A DNA stretch of 64,000 bases, from NCBI GenBank assembly GCA_016928395.1, contig JAFGKV010000063.1, forward strand, positions 1 to 64,000, read 5' to 3'. This DNA comes from Candidatus Fermentibacterota bacterium (GTDB lineage: Bacteria > JAFGKV01). The notes beneath the pieces are model-generated. The model worked only from the letters and a program-made list of their open reading frames with translations, ran no database searches and was not told the DNA's origin. How positions within the stretch are numbered: the stretch's first letter is position 1; each line of letters starts with the position of its first letter. The position numbers and the translations under genes were made by a program. Shown here piece by piece: positions 30,058 through 40,786 of the stretch.

Positions 30058-30642
30058 ATGAGATCCAATGTCCTGATAGTTCTCAGTTCGGTGCTGCTGG
30101 TGAATGCACGGCTTACAGCGGGGGAATGCGCCGCTGGGGATAGTCTCGTCACCGGCGGCGTATACGCCTTCACCGTTCACGGGGTCGACGGGAGAGATGT
30201 TGATCTGGCAGAGTACAAGGGTCACGTTTCGCTTATCGTGAATGTGGCAACCAGATGCGGCTTCACCCCTCAACTCGAGGGCCTCGAACGCCTGTATAAG
30301 CGGTATCGGGATGACGGGTTTGTGGTTCTTGGCTTTCCGGCAAACAACTTCATGAACCAGGCTCCGGGGTCCGATGAACAGATTCTCGAGTTCTGCACAA
30401 GGGATTTCAGCGTGACGTTCCCTCTATTCTCGAAAATCTCCGTCAAGGGCGATAACCGGCATCCACTTTACGACTATCTCAGCTCCAAGGAAACCAATCC
30501 TGAGTTCGGTGGCGAAATCACCTGGAACTTCAACAAATTCCTGATCGATCGCGCCGGCAGGGTCGTGGATCGGTTTGGGAGCGCTACGAACCCTGACAGC
30601 CCCTCGGTAGCCCAGGCAATCGAGGCCGCGTTGAAGCGCTGA
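30058..30642 (+). CDS. Glutathione peroxidase family protein, Cys-type, probably exported
   Basis: IVNVATRCGFTPQ, LGFPANNFMNQ, WNFNKFLID; signal-like N-terminus. Confidence 0.92.
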   Translation: MRSNVLIVLSSVLLVNARLTAGECAAGDSLVTGGVYAFTVHGVDGRDVDLAEYKGHVSLIVNVATRCGFTPQLEGLERLYKRYRDDGFVVLGFPANNFMNQAPGSDEQILEFCTRDFSVTFPLFSKISVKGDNRHPLYDYLSSKETNPEFGGEITWNFNKFLIDRAGRVVDRFGSATNPDSPSVAQAIEAALKR

Positions 30643-31166
30643 CGGTCGGTCCATTAGGGTACACCCCGCGCCAGGCGCGCCCCAGGATCAGTCTCCCACG
30701 CACTACCGAACCTCAACACACCACCCCTGCGGACAGGGTGGCACATTGGCGGCCATGCGTGCCACCAAGGTGCCTGCGACGGGCGATCACGACAGATACG
30801 GCGGTTTTCGGAGAGGGAGTAGCCCTTCGCAAGGGTAGCGTCAGAATGTTCGCAGGCGCAGTGGCGCAAGAGGGCTCGGGTAGGTACCTTTCCTGTGCCG
30901 TTCTCTCGTGTTCTGTTCCGGCGCTATATTCCGGCACCGGTCGTACGAGGGCCTCCTCCTCCCCGGCGCAAGGAGGGAAGGTAGCAGTACTGTTCGCGTG
31001 CCGACGAGCAATGCGGGTGGTGGAGACCCATCGTTCGCAGAATGCAGGGGTAGTCCCGGTAGAGAGCACTGGCTGAAGGTCACAGTGAACGGGGCTTTGG
31101 TGTACAGCTCCGCTTGCCTGGCCACCGAATTCTACACACTGGCCTCATCCTCGCGGGAGGTTTGTC

Positions 31167-31658
31167 ATGGAGATGTTCCGCACGATCGTGTGTCCTGTTG
31201 ATTTCAGCGATGCCTCGTATGCCGCGTTGGAGACGGCTCAAGGCCTGGCCCGGCATTTCGGCGGCGAGCTGATAGTCATACACGTCGTGGAGCCCATACC
31301 GCCGGTACCTGTCGATACCGACGGCTCAATGCGGTTTGATGTGTTCCAGTATGAGGACGAGTTGATGACATCGGCCGACAGGCTGCTCCAGGAGACCATG
31401 GCAGAGCGCCTGACGGATGATGTGAAGACCCGCCTGGTAGTGGTCGGTGGCGTGCCGTGGGAGGAGGTGGTTCGGGTTGCCGCAGAGGAGAATGCCGGCC
31501 TCCTGGTCATCGCAACCCACGGGCGGGCCGGATGGAAGCATCTACTCTTCGGGTCAGTGACCGAAAAGGTAATCCGCGTGGCTCCGTGCCCCGTGCTGGT
31601 CATCCGCGCGCCAAAGGATTCGGAGACGCCACCCGAACACGATCAGGCCTCGGGCTGA
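31167..31658 (+). CDS. Universal stress protein
   Basis: IVCPVDFS, LLVIATHGR, LFGSVTEKVIRVAPCPVLVI. Confidence 0.93.
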   Translation: MEMFRTIVCPVDFSDASYAALETAQGLARHFGGELIVIHVVEPIPPVPVDTDGSMRFDVFQYEDELMTSADRLLQETMAERLTDDVKTRLVVVGGVPWEEVVRVAAEENAGLLVIATHGRAGWKHLLFGSVTEKVIRVAPCPVLVIRAPKDSETPPEHDQASG

Positions 31659-31756
31659 AACAGATTCGGCGGGCTTTCCCTCCGTTGCAGACCCCACCTG
31701 CGGTCACACATTTCGGGATTCGGCCACACGACGGCCCGTGAATGATAGGATCGGGA

Positions 31757-32986
31757 ATGTTTCAGGCGAAGCGCTTCTACCGGAAACTCGAGACGCTGTT
31801 TCATGCAATCGACGCCGCCAAGGAGGGGGATCGGCTTCTCGGCACCGTGCTCAACGATGTGGTTGGGGTCTTGGGGGATGAACTGCGCATCTCGCGTGGC
31901 GCCATCTATCTCTTGATCGAGGGCTCCTACCAAATGGCGGATTCGGTCCCCCCCGACGGCACGAGGCAGCCCATTGCGGCAAGCCATGAGGGGCTGCACC
32001 TCATCTTCCAGCATGGCACCTATATTTTCGAGGCGGATGGCTCGCCCCATCACATCCCGGGATGGTCGGGTGCGGTCTTGGGTCTCGCTCTCGGTCCCGA
32101 TCGATCCAGCGTCATGCTGTTCGGTCTGGAGGGCGGTTGGGAACGCGAACAGCTTGAGTTTTCGTTCAACACGCTGCGCACCTATATCAATCAGCGTCTC
32201 GCCTCCGCCCAGATGCAGCATGACCTATTCGAGGCCCATGACGTCCAGACAAGCCTCTTGCCGAGGACGCCGCCTGCCTTGAAGGGCTTTCGCTCCGCCG
32301 CACGTTCGGTTCCCGCGGAGGTGGTCGGCGGCGATTTCTACGATTGGGTACAACTCTCTGGTGAATCCATCCTCCTCGCCGTGGGTGATGCCAGCGGCCA
32401 CGGGATTCCCGCGGCCTTGCAGGTTCGCGACGTGGTGACGGGTCTGCGAATGGGGGTTGGCATGGAGTTCCGCCTGACAAACATCGCAGCGCGCCTTAAC
32501 CAGGTTGTGTACGCCAGTGCCCTCTCTACACGGTTCGTCTCAGCCTTCCTTGGTGAACTAGAGACCAATGGCGACCTGCTCTACGTCAACGCCGGACATG
32601 TCGCTCCTCTGGTGATTCGCCGACGGGGCGTCGAAGCCTTGTCGTCCACGGGACTCGTTCTTGGCCCGACGCGGGAGGCGCACTACAGGAGGGGCTATAC
32701 GCGGCTGCGTCCGGGAGACCTACTTGTCCTGTACACCGACGGTATCACCGAACGAGCGGCCTCTGATGACAGCCAGTTCGGCGACGGGTCGTTCCTCCAG
32801 CTCCTGAGAGAAGGCCGCTCCGACAACCCAGAACAACTCATAGAGGCTCTGTTCGATGCGGCCGGGGCCTACGGTCACGGACCGTGGAAGGATGACGCCA
32901 CCCTTGTGCTGGTGCAACGGCTCCCGACGGACGCGGCTGCCGCACGACAGACGGCCATCGTGAGAAAACCCGGACGCCGACTCTGA
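31757..32986 (+). CDS. PP2C/SpoIIE (RsbU-like) Ser/Thr phosphatase
   Basis: VGGDFYD, GDASGHG, YVNAGH, YTDGITE, DDATLV. Confidence 0.92.
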   Translation: MFQAKRFYRKLETLFHAIDAAKEGDRLLGTVLNDVVGVLGDELRISRGAIYLLIEGSYQMADSVPPDGTRQPIAASHEGLHLIFQHGTYIFEADGSPHHIPGWSGAVLGLALGPDRSSVMLFGLEGGWEREQLEFSFNTLRTYINQRLASAQMQHDLFEAHDVQTSLLPRTPPALKGFRSAARSVPAEVVGGDFYDWVQLSGESILLAVGDASGHGIPAALQVRDVVTGLRMGVGMEFRLTNIAARLNQVVYASALSTRFVSAFLGELETNGDLLYVNAGHVAPLVIRRRGVEALSSTGLVLGPTREAHYRRGYTRLRPGDLLVLYTDGITERAASDDSQFGDGSFLQLLREGRSDNPEQLIEALFDAAGAYGHGPWKDDATLVLVQRLPTDAAAARQTAIVRKPGRRL

Positions 32987-33069
32987 TCTTTCCCGGGTCG
33001 CGTCTGACCATCACGCGCATCGCGACGAAACAGGAAAGCCTCGGATGCCACGCGCAAGCGGGGCCACCC

Positions 33070-34062
33070 TCACCTCTGACCTCGTGAGCCATCCATGGGA
33101 AGGAACAGCCGATCAAGGGTTCCAACTGCCGCCTGGTAGTCCTCCGGGGGGTTCGCTTCGAACTCCAGTCGCCCTCCGTTGACAGGGTGCGTAAACGCGA
33201 GACGCCATGCATGAAGCGCCGGCCGCTGGATGACGCCCAACAGTAACTGCGCGGCCGCTCGTCTCGCCGGTGCCAGGCCAAGAACCGCAGAACGCCTTCC
33301 GCCGTAGTCTCCATCCCCCACCACTGGGTGACCCAACCACGACATGTGCACCCTGATCTGATGAGTGCGGCCTGTATGCAGCGAAACCTCCAGTTCACTC
33401 GCCATATCCCAGGAGCGTCGGAGAGCGTACGAGGTAAGTGCGGGCTTCCCTTCAGGAACGACCGCCATCTTCTTGCGGTCCCGGTGGCTTCGGCCAATGG
33501 GTCGGTCGATGCTCCCGCGGGCGTCGAGGAGCGTTCCCCAGATTATGGCACGATAGGTGCGCGAGACCTTTCGCGTAGCGATCTGCGTGACCATGTTCAG
33601 ATATGCAGGCTCCGATCGGGCAACCACCATCAACCCACTGGTGCCCTTGTCCAACCGGTGGACGATGCCGGGACGATCCGGCGCGCCGGGAGCGGCAATC
33701 GGGCCGTACCGATGCTGAAGCGCATTCACCAATGTGCCCGCGCGGAGCGGACCGGCGGGATGAACGACCATGCCGGCAGGCTTGTTCAGTACCACGATGT
33801 GCCCATCCTCGAACACGACCTCCAGCACAACGGCTTCGGGGACGATATCGCTGCGGGGAGGCTCTGGAACAGAGTAGAGGACTACCTGGCCCGCCCGCAC
33901 CCTATACCCGGGTTTGTGGTGGCGCCCGTCCACGGTGACGCATTCTCGAAGGATCCAATTCTGCACGGCACAGCGGCTGAGGTCGGGATGTCGCCGGTGA
34001 AGAACATGATCAACGCGGACACCAGCCTCGGATTCGCTCACCGTGAACTCCAGGGCGCGCAT
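33070..34062 (-). CDS. rluD: RluA/RluD family 23S rRNA pseudouridine synthase
   Basis: S4 domain, NKPAGMVVHP, IVHRLDKGTSG, TGRTHQIRVH. Confidence 0.93.
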   Translation of the reverse strand: MRALEFTVSESEAGVRVDHVLHRRHPDLSRCAVQNWILRECVTVDGRHHKPGYRVRAGQVVLYSVPEPPRSDIVPEAVVLEVVFEDGHIVVLNKPAGMVVHPAGPLRAGTLVNALQHRYGPIAAPGAPDRPGIVHRLDKGTSGLMVVARSEPAYLNMVTQIATRKVSRTYRAIIWGTLLDARGSIDRPIGRSHRDRKKMAVVPEGKPALTSYALRRSWDMASELEVSLHTGRTHQIRVHMSWLGHPVVGDGDYGGRRSAVLGLAPARRAAAQLLLGVIQRPALHAWRLAFTHPVNGGRLEFEANPPEDYQAAVGTLDRLFLPMDGSRGQR

Positions 34063-34231
34063 CGTGACAGTCCTTTGGTCACGCCTCCCGATTTGAGAAT
34101 CCCGCACTCGAATATGTCGGCCCTCCATGGCATGGATTCATCTTGATAGGCTGGGGGATGTGGGCCAGGTCTGGGTCGCTGTGGGCGCCCATGAGAGCCC
34201 GCTGTCAACCGCCAGCGTGTGGCGTGCCCCG

Positions 34232-34765
34232 CTATGGCCCAACGGATGCGCGGGGGCTAGAGTCGGCCGGTTTTTCACCGGTCTCGCTCTCACGGGCCTC
34301 TGCATGCTCGATCAGCAACAGGAGCACGACTCCCACCACCACCACGCTGTCTGCGACATTGAATACCGGCCAGCGATAGCGGGCCAGGCCTATGTCGAGA
34401 AAGTCGACCACTTCACCCCAGCGAAGCCGATCGATGAGATTCCCGATGGCGCCACCCAGGATGAGACCCATCATAACCGACCGCCTCCATCCCAGTGGAC
34501 TCTGCCGAACCAAATAGATCGTGATGGCGACGACGCCGCACACGGTGACCGCAGTGAGAAACCACCCACTCAGGATTCCGAACGAGACGCCGAAGGCAAT
34601 CCCCGGATTGCGGGTGTGGGTGATCCGCACCACATGGCCGATTACCGGGATGCTGTCATACAACGGCAACCGGGAGTTGACCAGGGCTTTCGTGCCTTGG
34701 TCGAGCAGCAACGCCAACCCGGCAGTGATGGCGCCTGGCAGCCAGGGAAGTCTCTTGGTCAGCAT
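34232..34765 (-). CDS. lspA: Signal peptidase II
   Basis: DQGTK, NPGIAFG, GAIGNLIDR, VVDF, FNVADS. Confidence 0.96.
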   Translation of the reverse strand: MLTKRLPWLPGAITAGLALLLDQGTKALVNSRLPLYDSIPVIGHVVRITHTRNPGIAFGVSFGILSGWFLTAVTVCGVVAITIYLVRQSPLGWRRSVMMGLILGGAIGNLIDRLRWGEVVDFLDIGLARYRWPVFNVADSVVVVGVVLLLLIEHAEARESETGEKPADSSPRASVGP

Positions 34766-34934
34766 TATCGTTTCATGGGTCGCGGGAGACGTCTCTCAAG
34801 GGGCTCGATGAGGCCAGGGACCACACATTTCACAGCCCGACGCTGTGGTGGAAGGATGCGAACTCCCATTTCGGCTTCGTGGCGAAGCCCTTGTAGCCCA
34901 ACGAGCCTGTCGCCACAAAGGCTGTACCGCGGCA

Positions 34935-35399
34935 CTACGTGCTCACCGGGCCTTGCACATCCTCGTAGAACCGTAGAATGCTGAGCTGACGCTCGGCAAG
35001 GCTTCGGAGTTTCTCGATGTAATCCAGCCGCCTGCGTTCCAGGTCCTCCGTTTCCCGGCTGAGCTTGGAGACCGCCATCTGCACCACCATTACTCGTTGC
35101 CTGGCATCCTGCTCTGCCTTTTCCAACACGAGTTCCGCCTCCTTCTCCGCGGCCTTGCGCATCATCTCGGCGTTCCTCTTTGTCTCCACCAGCGTCTCCT
35201 GAAGGGCGCTCTCGACGCGCTGGTACTTGCGAAGCTCCGACTTCAGGCTCTCGTTCTCACGCCGAAGCCCATCAAGCTCTTTCTGCAGGTTGTGGACCCG
35301 ATGGTCGATCAATTCAAGATAGCTATCGACCTCATCCGGATTGTAGCCGCGCAGGCTCTTACGGAAGCTATGAAGGGACAGTTCAGAAAGTGTTTCCAC
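34935..35399 (-). CDS. divIVA: DivIVA domain protein
   Basis: FRKSLRGYNPDEVDSYL followed by coiled coil; directly after yggS. Confidence 0.88.
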   Translation of the reverse strand: METLSELSLHSFRKSLRGYNPDEVDSYLELIDHRVHNLQKELDGLRRENESLKSELRKYQRVESALQETLVETKRNAEMMRKAAEKEAELVLEKAEQDARQRVMVVQMAVSKLSRETEDLERRRLDYIEKLRSLAERQLSILRFYEDVQGPVST

Positions 35400-35414
35400 T
35401 GTGTTCTCCCCGTT

Positions 35415-36104
35415 CTATTCCGTCCGTGGACCAAAGAGGACCGTTCCGATGCGCACCATCGTAGCACCTTCCTCCACGGCCACCGCATAATCTGAGGACA
35501 TACCCATGGACAAATGACGAATCCCAGGATGCTCCTTGGCAAGACCATCTCGCAGCTCTCGGAGAGCCCGGAAATGGGGCCTCGATTCTTCCGGGGTAGC
35601 CAGCGGACCTATCGTCATAAGGCCAACAACCCGAATCCCGGGCAACGGTTCCAGTCTTGACAGAAGCCGTCGGACATCGGCATCACCGATGCCGTGTTTG
35701 GCCGGGTCCAGAGCGACATTGACCTGCAGCAGCACATCTACCACGCGGCTGGCGTGAGCCGCGGCGGATGATAGCCGACTCGCCAGTTCCTCGCTGGCCA
35801 CAGAGTGTATAACGTCAAACATACCAGCCGCCTTGGCCGCCTTGTTTCGCTGCAGATGGCCAACCAGATGAAACCGAGTTTCCGGAGTCAATGCCGCGAT
35901 CTTGGCGGCAGCCTCCTGCACACGATTCTCACCTATGTCAGTCAGGCCCGCCTCAATAGCCATCCGGACCGCCTCTGCGGGCCAGTTCTTGGTCACGGCC
36001 ACGACAGTGACGTCCCTGGGGTCGCGATTCACTCTGTGGGCAGCCTGCGCGATGCTCTCACGTACCAAAACGACACGATGATGAAGGTCGCCAAGGGTGA
36101 CCAT
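35415..36104 (-). CDS. yggS: PLP homeostasis protein YggS
   Basis: VVAVTK, GENRVQE, HLVGHLQRNK, LSMGMSSD, VRIGTVLFG. Confidence 0.96.
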   Translation of the reverse strand: MVTLGDLHHRVVLVRESIAQAAHRVNRDPRDVTVVAVTKNWPAEAVRMAIEAGLTDIGENRVQEAAAKIAALTPETRFHLVGHLQRNKAAKAAGMFDVIHSVASEELASRLSSAAAHASRVVDVLLQVNVALDPAKHGIGDADVRRLLSRLEPLPGIRVVGLMTIGPLATPEESRPHFRALRELRDGLAKEHPGIRHLSMGMSSDYAVAVEEGATMVRIGTVLFGPRTE

Positions 36105-36158
36105 GTCAGCCCAAGGCGGGCGTTCGGCCCGTGCAGACAGCCTGCAGTGCGGGAATCC

Positions 36159-37967
36159 TCACCGGATACGCACCGTTCGATGCACCGCCCGGCCACCCTC
36201 GTCATCAATGACCATCAGCATGTAAGTCCCCGCGGGAAGCGTTCCCGGCTGCAGCCACCCTCCACAGGAGGGAAGATGCCATTGTCCGACTACCCGTCCG
36301 GCCACGTCGTACAGAGCGGCCTCTCCATTGGAATGGGCTCCTCGGAGCGCTACCCAAAACCCCGTGTGCCACGGATTGGGAGCAGTATCAATGCGAAGCA
36401 CGGCAGGAGAACGGTCTGCTCCGAGCCCACCATACGCGACCCAGATACACGATCCACTGCTCTCCAAATGGACGGCCGACTCCCGGAACCGGACATTCAA
36501 CCCGAATGCAGGCCCCGATCCGGTCAGCAACCATCGCGTTGCCTGGCCGGAAACCCCCGCCCCCGAAGCACCCACGGCATACCCGTACATGCCCGCAGGA
36601 GTGCCGCAGGCCCCCGCCCCTGCGGCATACCCCGCCGTGTCGGCATCCACGGGATTCAGGCTGCTCAGCACCGCGACGGCCTCTTCCAATTCACCCGGAG
36701 GCACCAGGGCCGGTGACGAGCCATCGGCCAACAGTACCGGCGATGCAAGGCCGTCAGCGGCGATAACGTAGACGCCGTCACGGCAGAAGGCAAAGGGCCG
36801 TGACGCGCCGGTCAGATCCGAACCGACCACAATGCCCAGCACGCCATTGAGGGGTTCCCCCTCTACCGTCCAGCACGCCGTTGCCGGTTGCCTGAGCACC
36901 CAGGCGCCTTCGGGATTCCATGAAACCCAAATGCCGTTGGTCCAGATGACGCCCATCATTTCGTCGAGCGCCTCGTCCGTGGCCGTGCGATACTCAATGG
37001 ATGTGCCCGCAAGGCGGTAGACGCCATCCCGAGTCCACGCGACGGTGGTGGTCGAATTGGCCACTACGCCCCGCACGCCGCATAAGGATGATCCATCTGA
37101 GTGCAAGTACTCCACGGCCGGGGTCGTCAGTTGCCAGGCACTGGAATCGGACCATGCCACTGGCGCACCCAGGCCGGACACCACGCCTCGGATGCCCTTC
37201 AAGGACGCTCCATCCACCGTCACACACTGCTCGCATGGACGACCCACACGCCAGACCGCGCTATCCGTCCACGCAATGGCGTACTCCCCTGCCGACACAA
37301 GACCTCGGACCCCCGCGAGTGGATCTCCTCCGGGAAGCGACGCCTCCTGCGAAACCGGCGCAAGGTAGTACACACGATCGCCGGACCAGCCGAACGCCGT
37401 GGAAGCAACGCCGACTACCGCATACACACCGGGGATTGACTGCCCCGCGGTGTCTCTATACTCCAGAGCGGTGACTCCCGACAGTTGAAAGACCCCTTCA
37501 CCGGTCCAGCCAAGCACGCTGCCGCTCACCTGCGTTGCTCCCCGGAGACCGACGATCGAGTCACCCGAGGGAAGCCGATACTCCCGGCACTCCTGACCCA
37601 GTGCCCACACTGCCTCTGCCGTCCATCCCACGGGGTCTCCGGGCGAGAGGGCGACACCCCGAAGGCCCGCCAAGGGAAGGCCTTCGGGAAGAAGATAAGA
37701 GATAGCGGGTGATGTGAGCAGATAGGCAGCAGAGTCAGTCCATGCGATGGTTCCGTTGCGGGCCCTGCACCCGGCCTCTACCCCGCGGATTGCCTCCCCG
37801 GATGGGCCAAGAACCTCAACAAGGCCCGGGCCGATTCTCCACACATGATCAGCGTTCCACACGAAGCCCTGCTCTGCACTCACCACGCCTCCGCTGATAC
37901 CCGCACTCGCACCGGCTGCGCAGAGGATGACAATTGAGAAGAGAACTGTGGCCAATCTGCAGTACAT
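36159..37967 (-). CDS. Secreted repeat protein (about ten ~39-aa repeats) with T9SS/FlgD-like C-terminal tail
   Basis: Signal peptide; repeats of GxxLxGVRGVV...AWTxxxVWxL; tail PNPW...LYDVAGRVV...LPAGTYML. Confidence 0.75.
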   Translation of the reverse strand: MYCRLATVLFSIVILCAAGASAGISGGVVSAEQGFVWNADHVWRIGPGLVEVLGPSGEAIRGVEAGCRARNGTIAWTDSAAYLLTSPAISYLLPEGLPLAGLRGVALSPGDPVGWTAEAVWALGQECREYRLPSGDSIVGLRGATQVSGSVLGWTGEGVFQLSGVTALEYRDTAGQSIPGVYAVVGVASTAFGWSGDRVYYLAPVSQEASLPGGDPLAGVRGLVSAGEYAIAWTDSAVWRVGRPCEQCVTVDGASLKGIRGVVSGLGAPVAWSDSSAWQLTTPAVEYLHSDGSSLCGVRGVVANSTTTVAWTRDGVYRLAGTSIEYRTATDEALDEMMGVIWTNGIWVSWNPEGAWVLRQPATACWTVEGEPLNGVLGIVVGSDLTGASRPFAFCRDGVYVIAADGLASPVLLADGSSPALVPPGELEEAVAVLSSLNPVDADTAGYAAGAGACGTPAGMYGYAVGASGAGVSGQATRWLLTGSGPAFGLNVRFRESAVHLESSGSCIWVAYGGLGADRSPAVLRIDTAPNPWHTGFWVALRGAHSNGEAALYDVAGRVVGQWHLPSCGGWLQPGTLPAGTYMLMVIDDEGGRAVHRTVRIR

Positions 37968-38299
37968 GGTTTGCCTCCGGCTTTGATCCCAACACGGCAC
38001 TCCTCAGCGTTGGCTCAATATAGCCTCCGACAGCCCCGTCACAAGGGGCTACTACTCAGACCCATCAGGGTTCAGCCTTCAGACAGCGACGCGTACCCGG
38101 GCGTGTCACCGTCCGCGTGCTTCATTCCGTGCTCGGGATTCCTGCGGCGATTCCCGCTCAGGAAAGGCGAATCGTCGAGTGCTGAGTGCCGACCGCACGC
38201 GTAGCGGGCGCGCTCCACACCGTGCCAGATCACTCAGCCCCGAACCAAGGCCGACCGGACAGTTGCCGTGGCAGGGTCGCGCCGTCGACGGGAGAGAAA

Positions 38300-39262
38300 C
38301 TAAAGAAGCCTGGCCTCCCGGTACCATTGTGCCGTTCGTTCCATGCCGGCGTGAACCTGGACCGACGGCGCAAACCCCAAGATTGTTCGGGCCTTGGCGA
38401 TGGAGAACTCCCTGTTCTTGGTGAAAAAGTCCATGCGCCGCTTGAAGATGGGAGGGGTAAGCCCTAGGAGAGGACACAGTCGCTCGGCCACGGAAGCCGC
38501 AGCCATGAACGGCCATACGGGGAGGTGTAGCCGGGGTGCGGCAGCTCCCAGTACGTCGGCAACGGTGGCGGCCCACTCATTCAGGGTCGGCGCATGAGGG
38601 CCGGCCAGGATGAAAACCTCACCCGCCGCCTGGGGTAGCCGGCCGCACAGAAGAATGCCCTCGATCAGATCATCTATGTAGGTAAGATGATACCTCGGCG
38701 TGCCATCGCCGATCATGAAGAACCGGCCCCGGGCGATGAGCCTGAAGAACTTCAGGAGGCGCCGATCGCCAGGACCGTAGATGCCGGATGGTCTGAAGAT
38801 GACCAGCTCCATGGATGATGACTGCCGCTGTAAGTACTCCTCGGCGGCACACTTGCTCGCCTGATACGGATCCGTTGGTGCAAAGGGCGAGTCTTCTGCG
38901 GCGGCGGCCCCGTGGATTTCCCCGTGAACCCCCACCGTACTGCAGTACACGAAGCGCCGCACGCCGGCATTCCGGGCCGCGGCGTACATATGCTCGGTAC
39001 CGTGGAGATTGGCGGCCATGTGATCCGCTTCACCGAACCCCGTGTCACGGTACGAGGCAGCGAGGTGATAGACAGTGTCGATGCCCTCTACGGCCCGGGC
39101 GCAGGCTGCCGGGTCACGAACATCCCCCGTGGTGATCTCGCTCATGAACCTCGCGGCGGGCGCCCGTCTGAGCATGGCGCGCACCGACTCCCCCTCGCGT
39201 ACGAGCCGGGCGACCAGGTGGCCCCCGGTGAACCCTCCGGCACCGGTTACAAGTACAGCCAC
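38300..39262 (-). CDS. NAD-dependent epimerase/dehydratase (extended SDR)
   Basis: VTGAGGFTG, YHLAA, STVGVHG, YQASK, RPSGIYGPG. Confidence 0.92.
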   Translation of the reverse strand: MAVLVTGAGGFTGGHLVARLVREGESVRAMLRRAPAARFMSEITTGDVRDPAACARAVEGIDTVYHLAASYRDTGFGEADHMAANLHGTEHMYAAARNAGVRRFVYCSTVGVHGEIHGAAAAEDSPFAPTDPYQASKCAAEEYLQRQSSSMELVIFRPSGIYGPGDRRLLKFFRLIARGRFFMIGDGTPRYHLTYIDDLIEGILLCGRLPQAAGEVFILAGPHAPTLNEWAATVADVLGAAAPRLHLPVWPFMAAASVAERLCPLLGLTPPIFKRRMDFFTKNREFSIAKARTILGFAPSVQVHAGMERTAQWYREARLL

Positions 39263-39287
39263 GAGAGAAGAAACCCGGCCGCGAATC

Positions 39288-39923
39288 TCAACCGAGAATC
39301 GCAGCCAGGGTAGGACGAACCCAATCGTCGACCAAAAAGGTGAGCCGGCCAACCAACAGCGAGATGCGTGCCATCACGGTGTAGCCGAAGCTCGCGCCGA
39401 AACAGACCATGATAAACCATATGCCGAGCCGGCTGACAGGCCTGAGTATCCCCGTATGAGGCCGGGAGAAGTAGAAATAGACCAACACCGAAAGCACGCC
39501 CACCAGCACCAGCAGATTCTGCACACTGGCCAGGGAAAGGGGCAGAAGAGGCAGCATGGTATCCTTCACTTGGGGGAGTACATCCCCGTGCAGCCGTTGC
39601 ATGAGCTCCACACCGACGAAGTATCCCATGTAGACGGCCAAAGCCCAACGGCCCAGGAACGAGACACGCTGTACATACCGGAGGTAGAGCATGATGCCCA
39701 ACACGCCGCCGATGACAAGATACCAGTTCCTGCCGGGATCCGCGGCCAGCTTCTGGAAAAGATTGGGTATGATGGTTCGGTGGAGGACGATGCCGATCTC
39801 ATATCCCAGGGAGAGTCCGACGAAGAGACTCTCTGCGAACCGGTAGAGGGGGTTATCCTTGTAGAGGAAGCTGTAGATCGCCAGCGTGAGAAACGCAGCA
39901 ACCCAGGCACTAACGAGGTCCAA
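39288..39923 (-). CDS. Uncharacterised membrane protein
   Basis: About 6 TM; YSFLYKDNPLYRFAE, FGASFGYTVMARISLL; TTG start after GGAGG. Confidence 0.8.
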   Translation of the reverse strand: MDLVSAWVAAFLTLAIYSFLYKDNPLYRFAESLFVGLSLGYEIGIVLHRTIIPNLFQKLAADPGRNWYLVIGGVLGIMLYLRYVQRVSFLGRWALAVYMGYFVGVELMQRLHGDVLPQVKDTMLPLLPLSLASVQNLLVLVGVLSVLVYFYFSRPHTGILRPVSRLGIWFIMVCFGASFGYTVMARISLLVGRLTFLVDDWVRPTLAAILG

Positions 39924-40785
39924 GTCTTCCTCCCGCGCGGGTGCGCTCACTTCGCGAGAGCACGTAGAAGACATTACCAAGAAGGATGAACACGATGATG
40001 ATGAGGTGAACTATGGACTGCACATCCATGCCCCTCCTGGCAACCCGAGCCCTGTCTCGCAACTCAGGGTAGGCACTGGCAAGGAGCTCCTCGTACTCGG
40101 CCGCCCCCTTCAGCCCACCCAGAAGCCCGATCATCTGGCCGGCCTTCAGATAAGTATAGTACTTGGGCGCGGAGACCGCGGTGGCCCCGACGGCCACCGT
40201 CTGCCCAAACTGGGCATTGACGAGGTTTGCCCAATACTCGCCCAGAATGCCGGTTGCCAGGCTTACGGCCACGCCGATCTGCGGATAGCCTCTCACCTCC
40301 TGCATGAGAGGAATCTCTTTTAGAGGAATGCCCCGATGATCCCGGGGAAACGCTGCCGAGATATCTTCCGCCATCCTGCGCATCACCGCCTGGGCGCCGT
40401 CTTTGTAGCCCAGGTAGACGAAATCGCGGCCCTCTTCAACGGAGAACTCACCAGTCACTCGATCCAGGCTTCCCTGGGCCATGTTGGGCCCACCCAACGG
40501 AAACAACGCCAGCACGACCACCCTGACACCACGCGTGAAGCAATGGCGTAGAATCGCATCGGCCATGGGATCTAGCTCAGGAGCCGAGCTGGGGCCGTAG
40601 TCGAATGAGAGCATGAGAACATCCTGCGGGCCAAACGACTCAACCCGCTGGAACAGGGCTTCCACGGCGGGGGTGGTCAGGATTGGCAGGCCCATGGGGA
40701 TGAGGACCGGGAGCAAGGCGCCCACGGCAACCAGGAGATAGACCCAACGCCGGTCAATACCGCCTACCTGTTGTGCATCCGACAT
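39910..40785 (-). CDS. Uncharacterised membrane-anchored alpha/beta protein
   Basis: IDRRWVYL plus TM, SFDYGP, GLLGGLKGAAEYE, C-terminal TM. Confidence 0.8.
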   Translation of the reverse strand: MSDAQQVGGIDRRWVYLLVAVGALLPVLIPMGLPILTTPAVEALFQRVESFGPQDVLMLSFDYGPSSAPELDPMADAILRHCFTRGVRVVVLALFPLGGPNMAQGSLDRVTGEFSVEEGRDFVYLGYKDGAQAVMRRMAEDISAAFPRDHRGIPLKEIPLMQEVRGYPQIGVAVSLATGILGEYWANLVNAQFGQTVAVGATAVSAPKYYTYLKAGQMIGLLGGLKGAAEYEELLASAYPELRDRARVARRGMDVQSIVHLIIIVFILLGNVFYVLSRSERTRAGGRLGPR

Positions 40786-40786
40786 C

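Noticed and set aside
30058-30642. Selenocysteine in the glutathione peroxidase
   Set aside because: The active-site codon is TGC (Cys) and there is no in-frame TGA.
30811-30880. yybP-ykoY riboswitch (GGGAGTAGC...GCGTCAG) upstream of the USP gene
   Set aside because: Only the 5' motif resembles the family. There is no properly placed GAGACC 3' element and no Mn-related gene downstream. It would need an Infernal hit.
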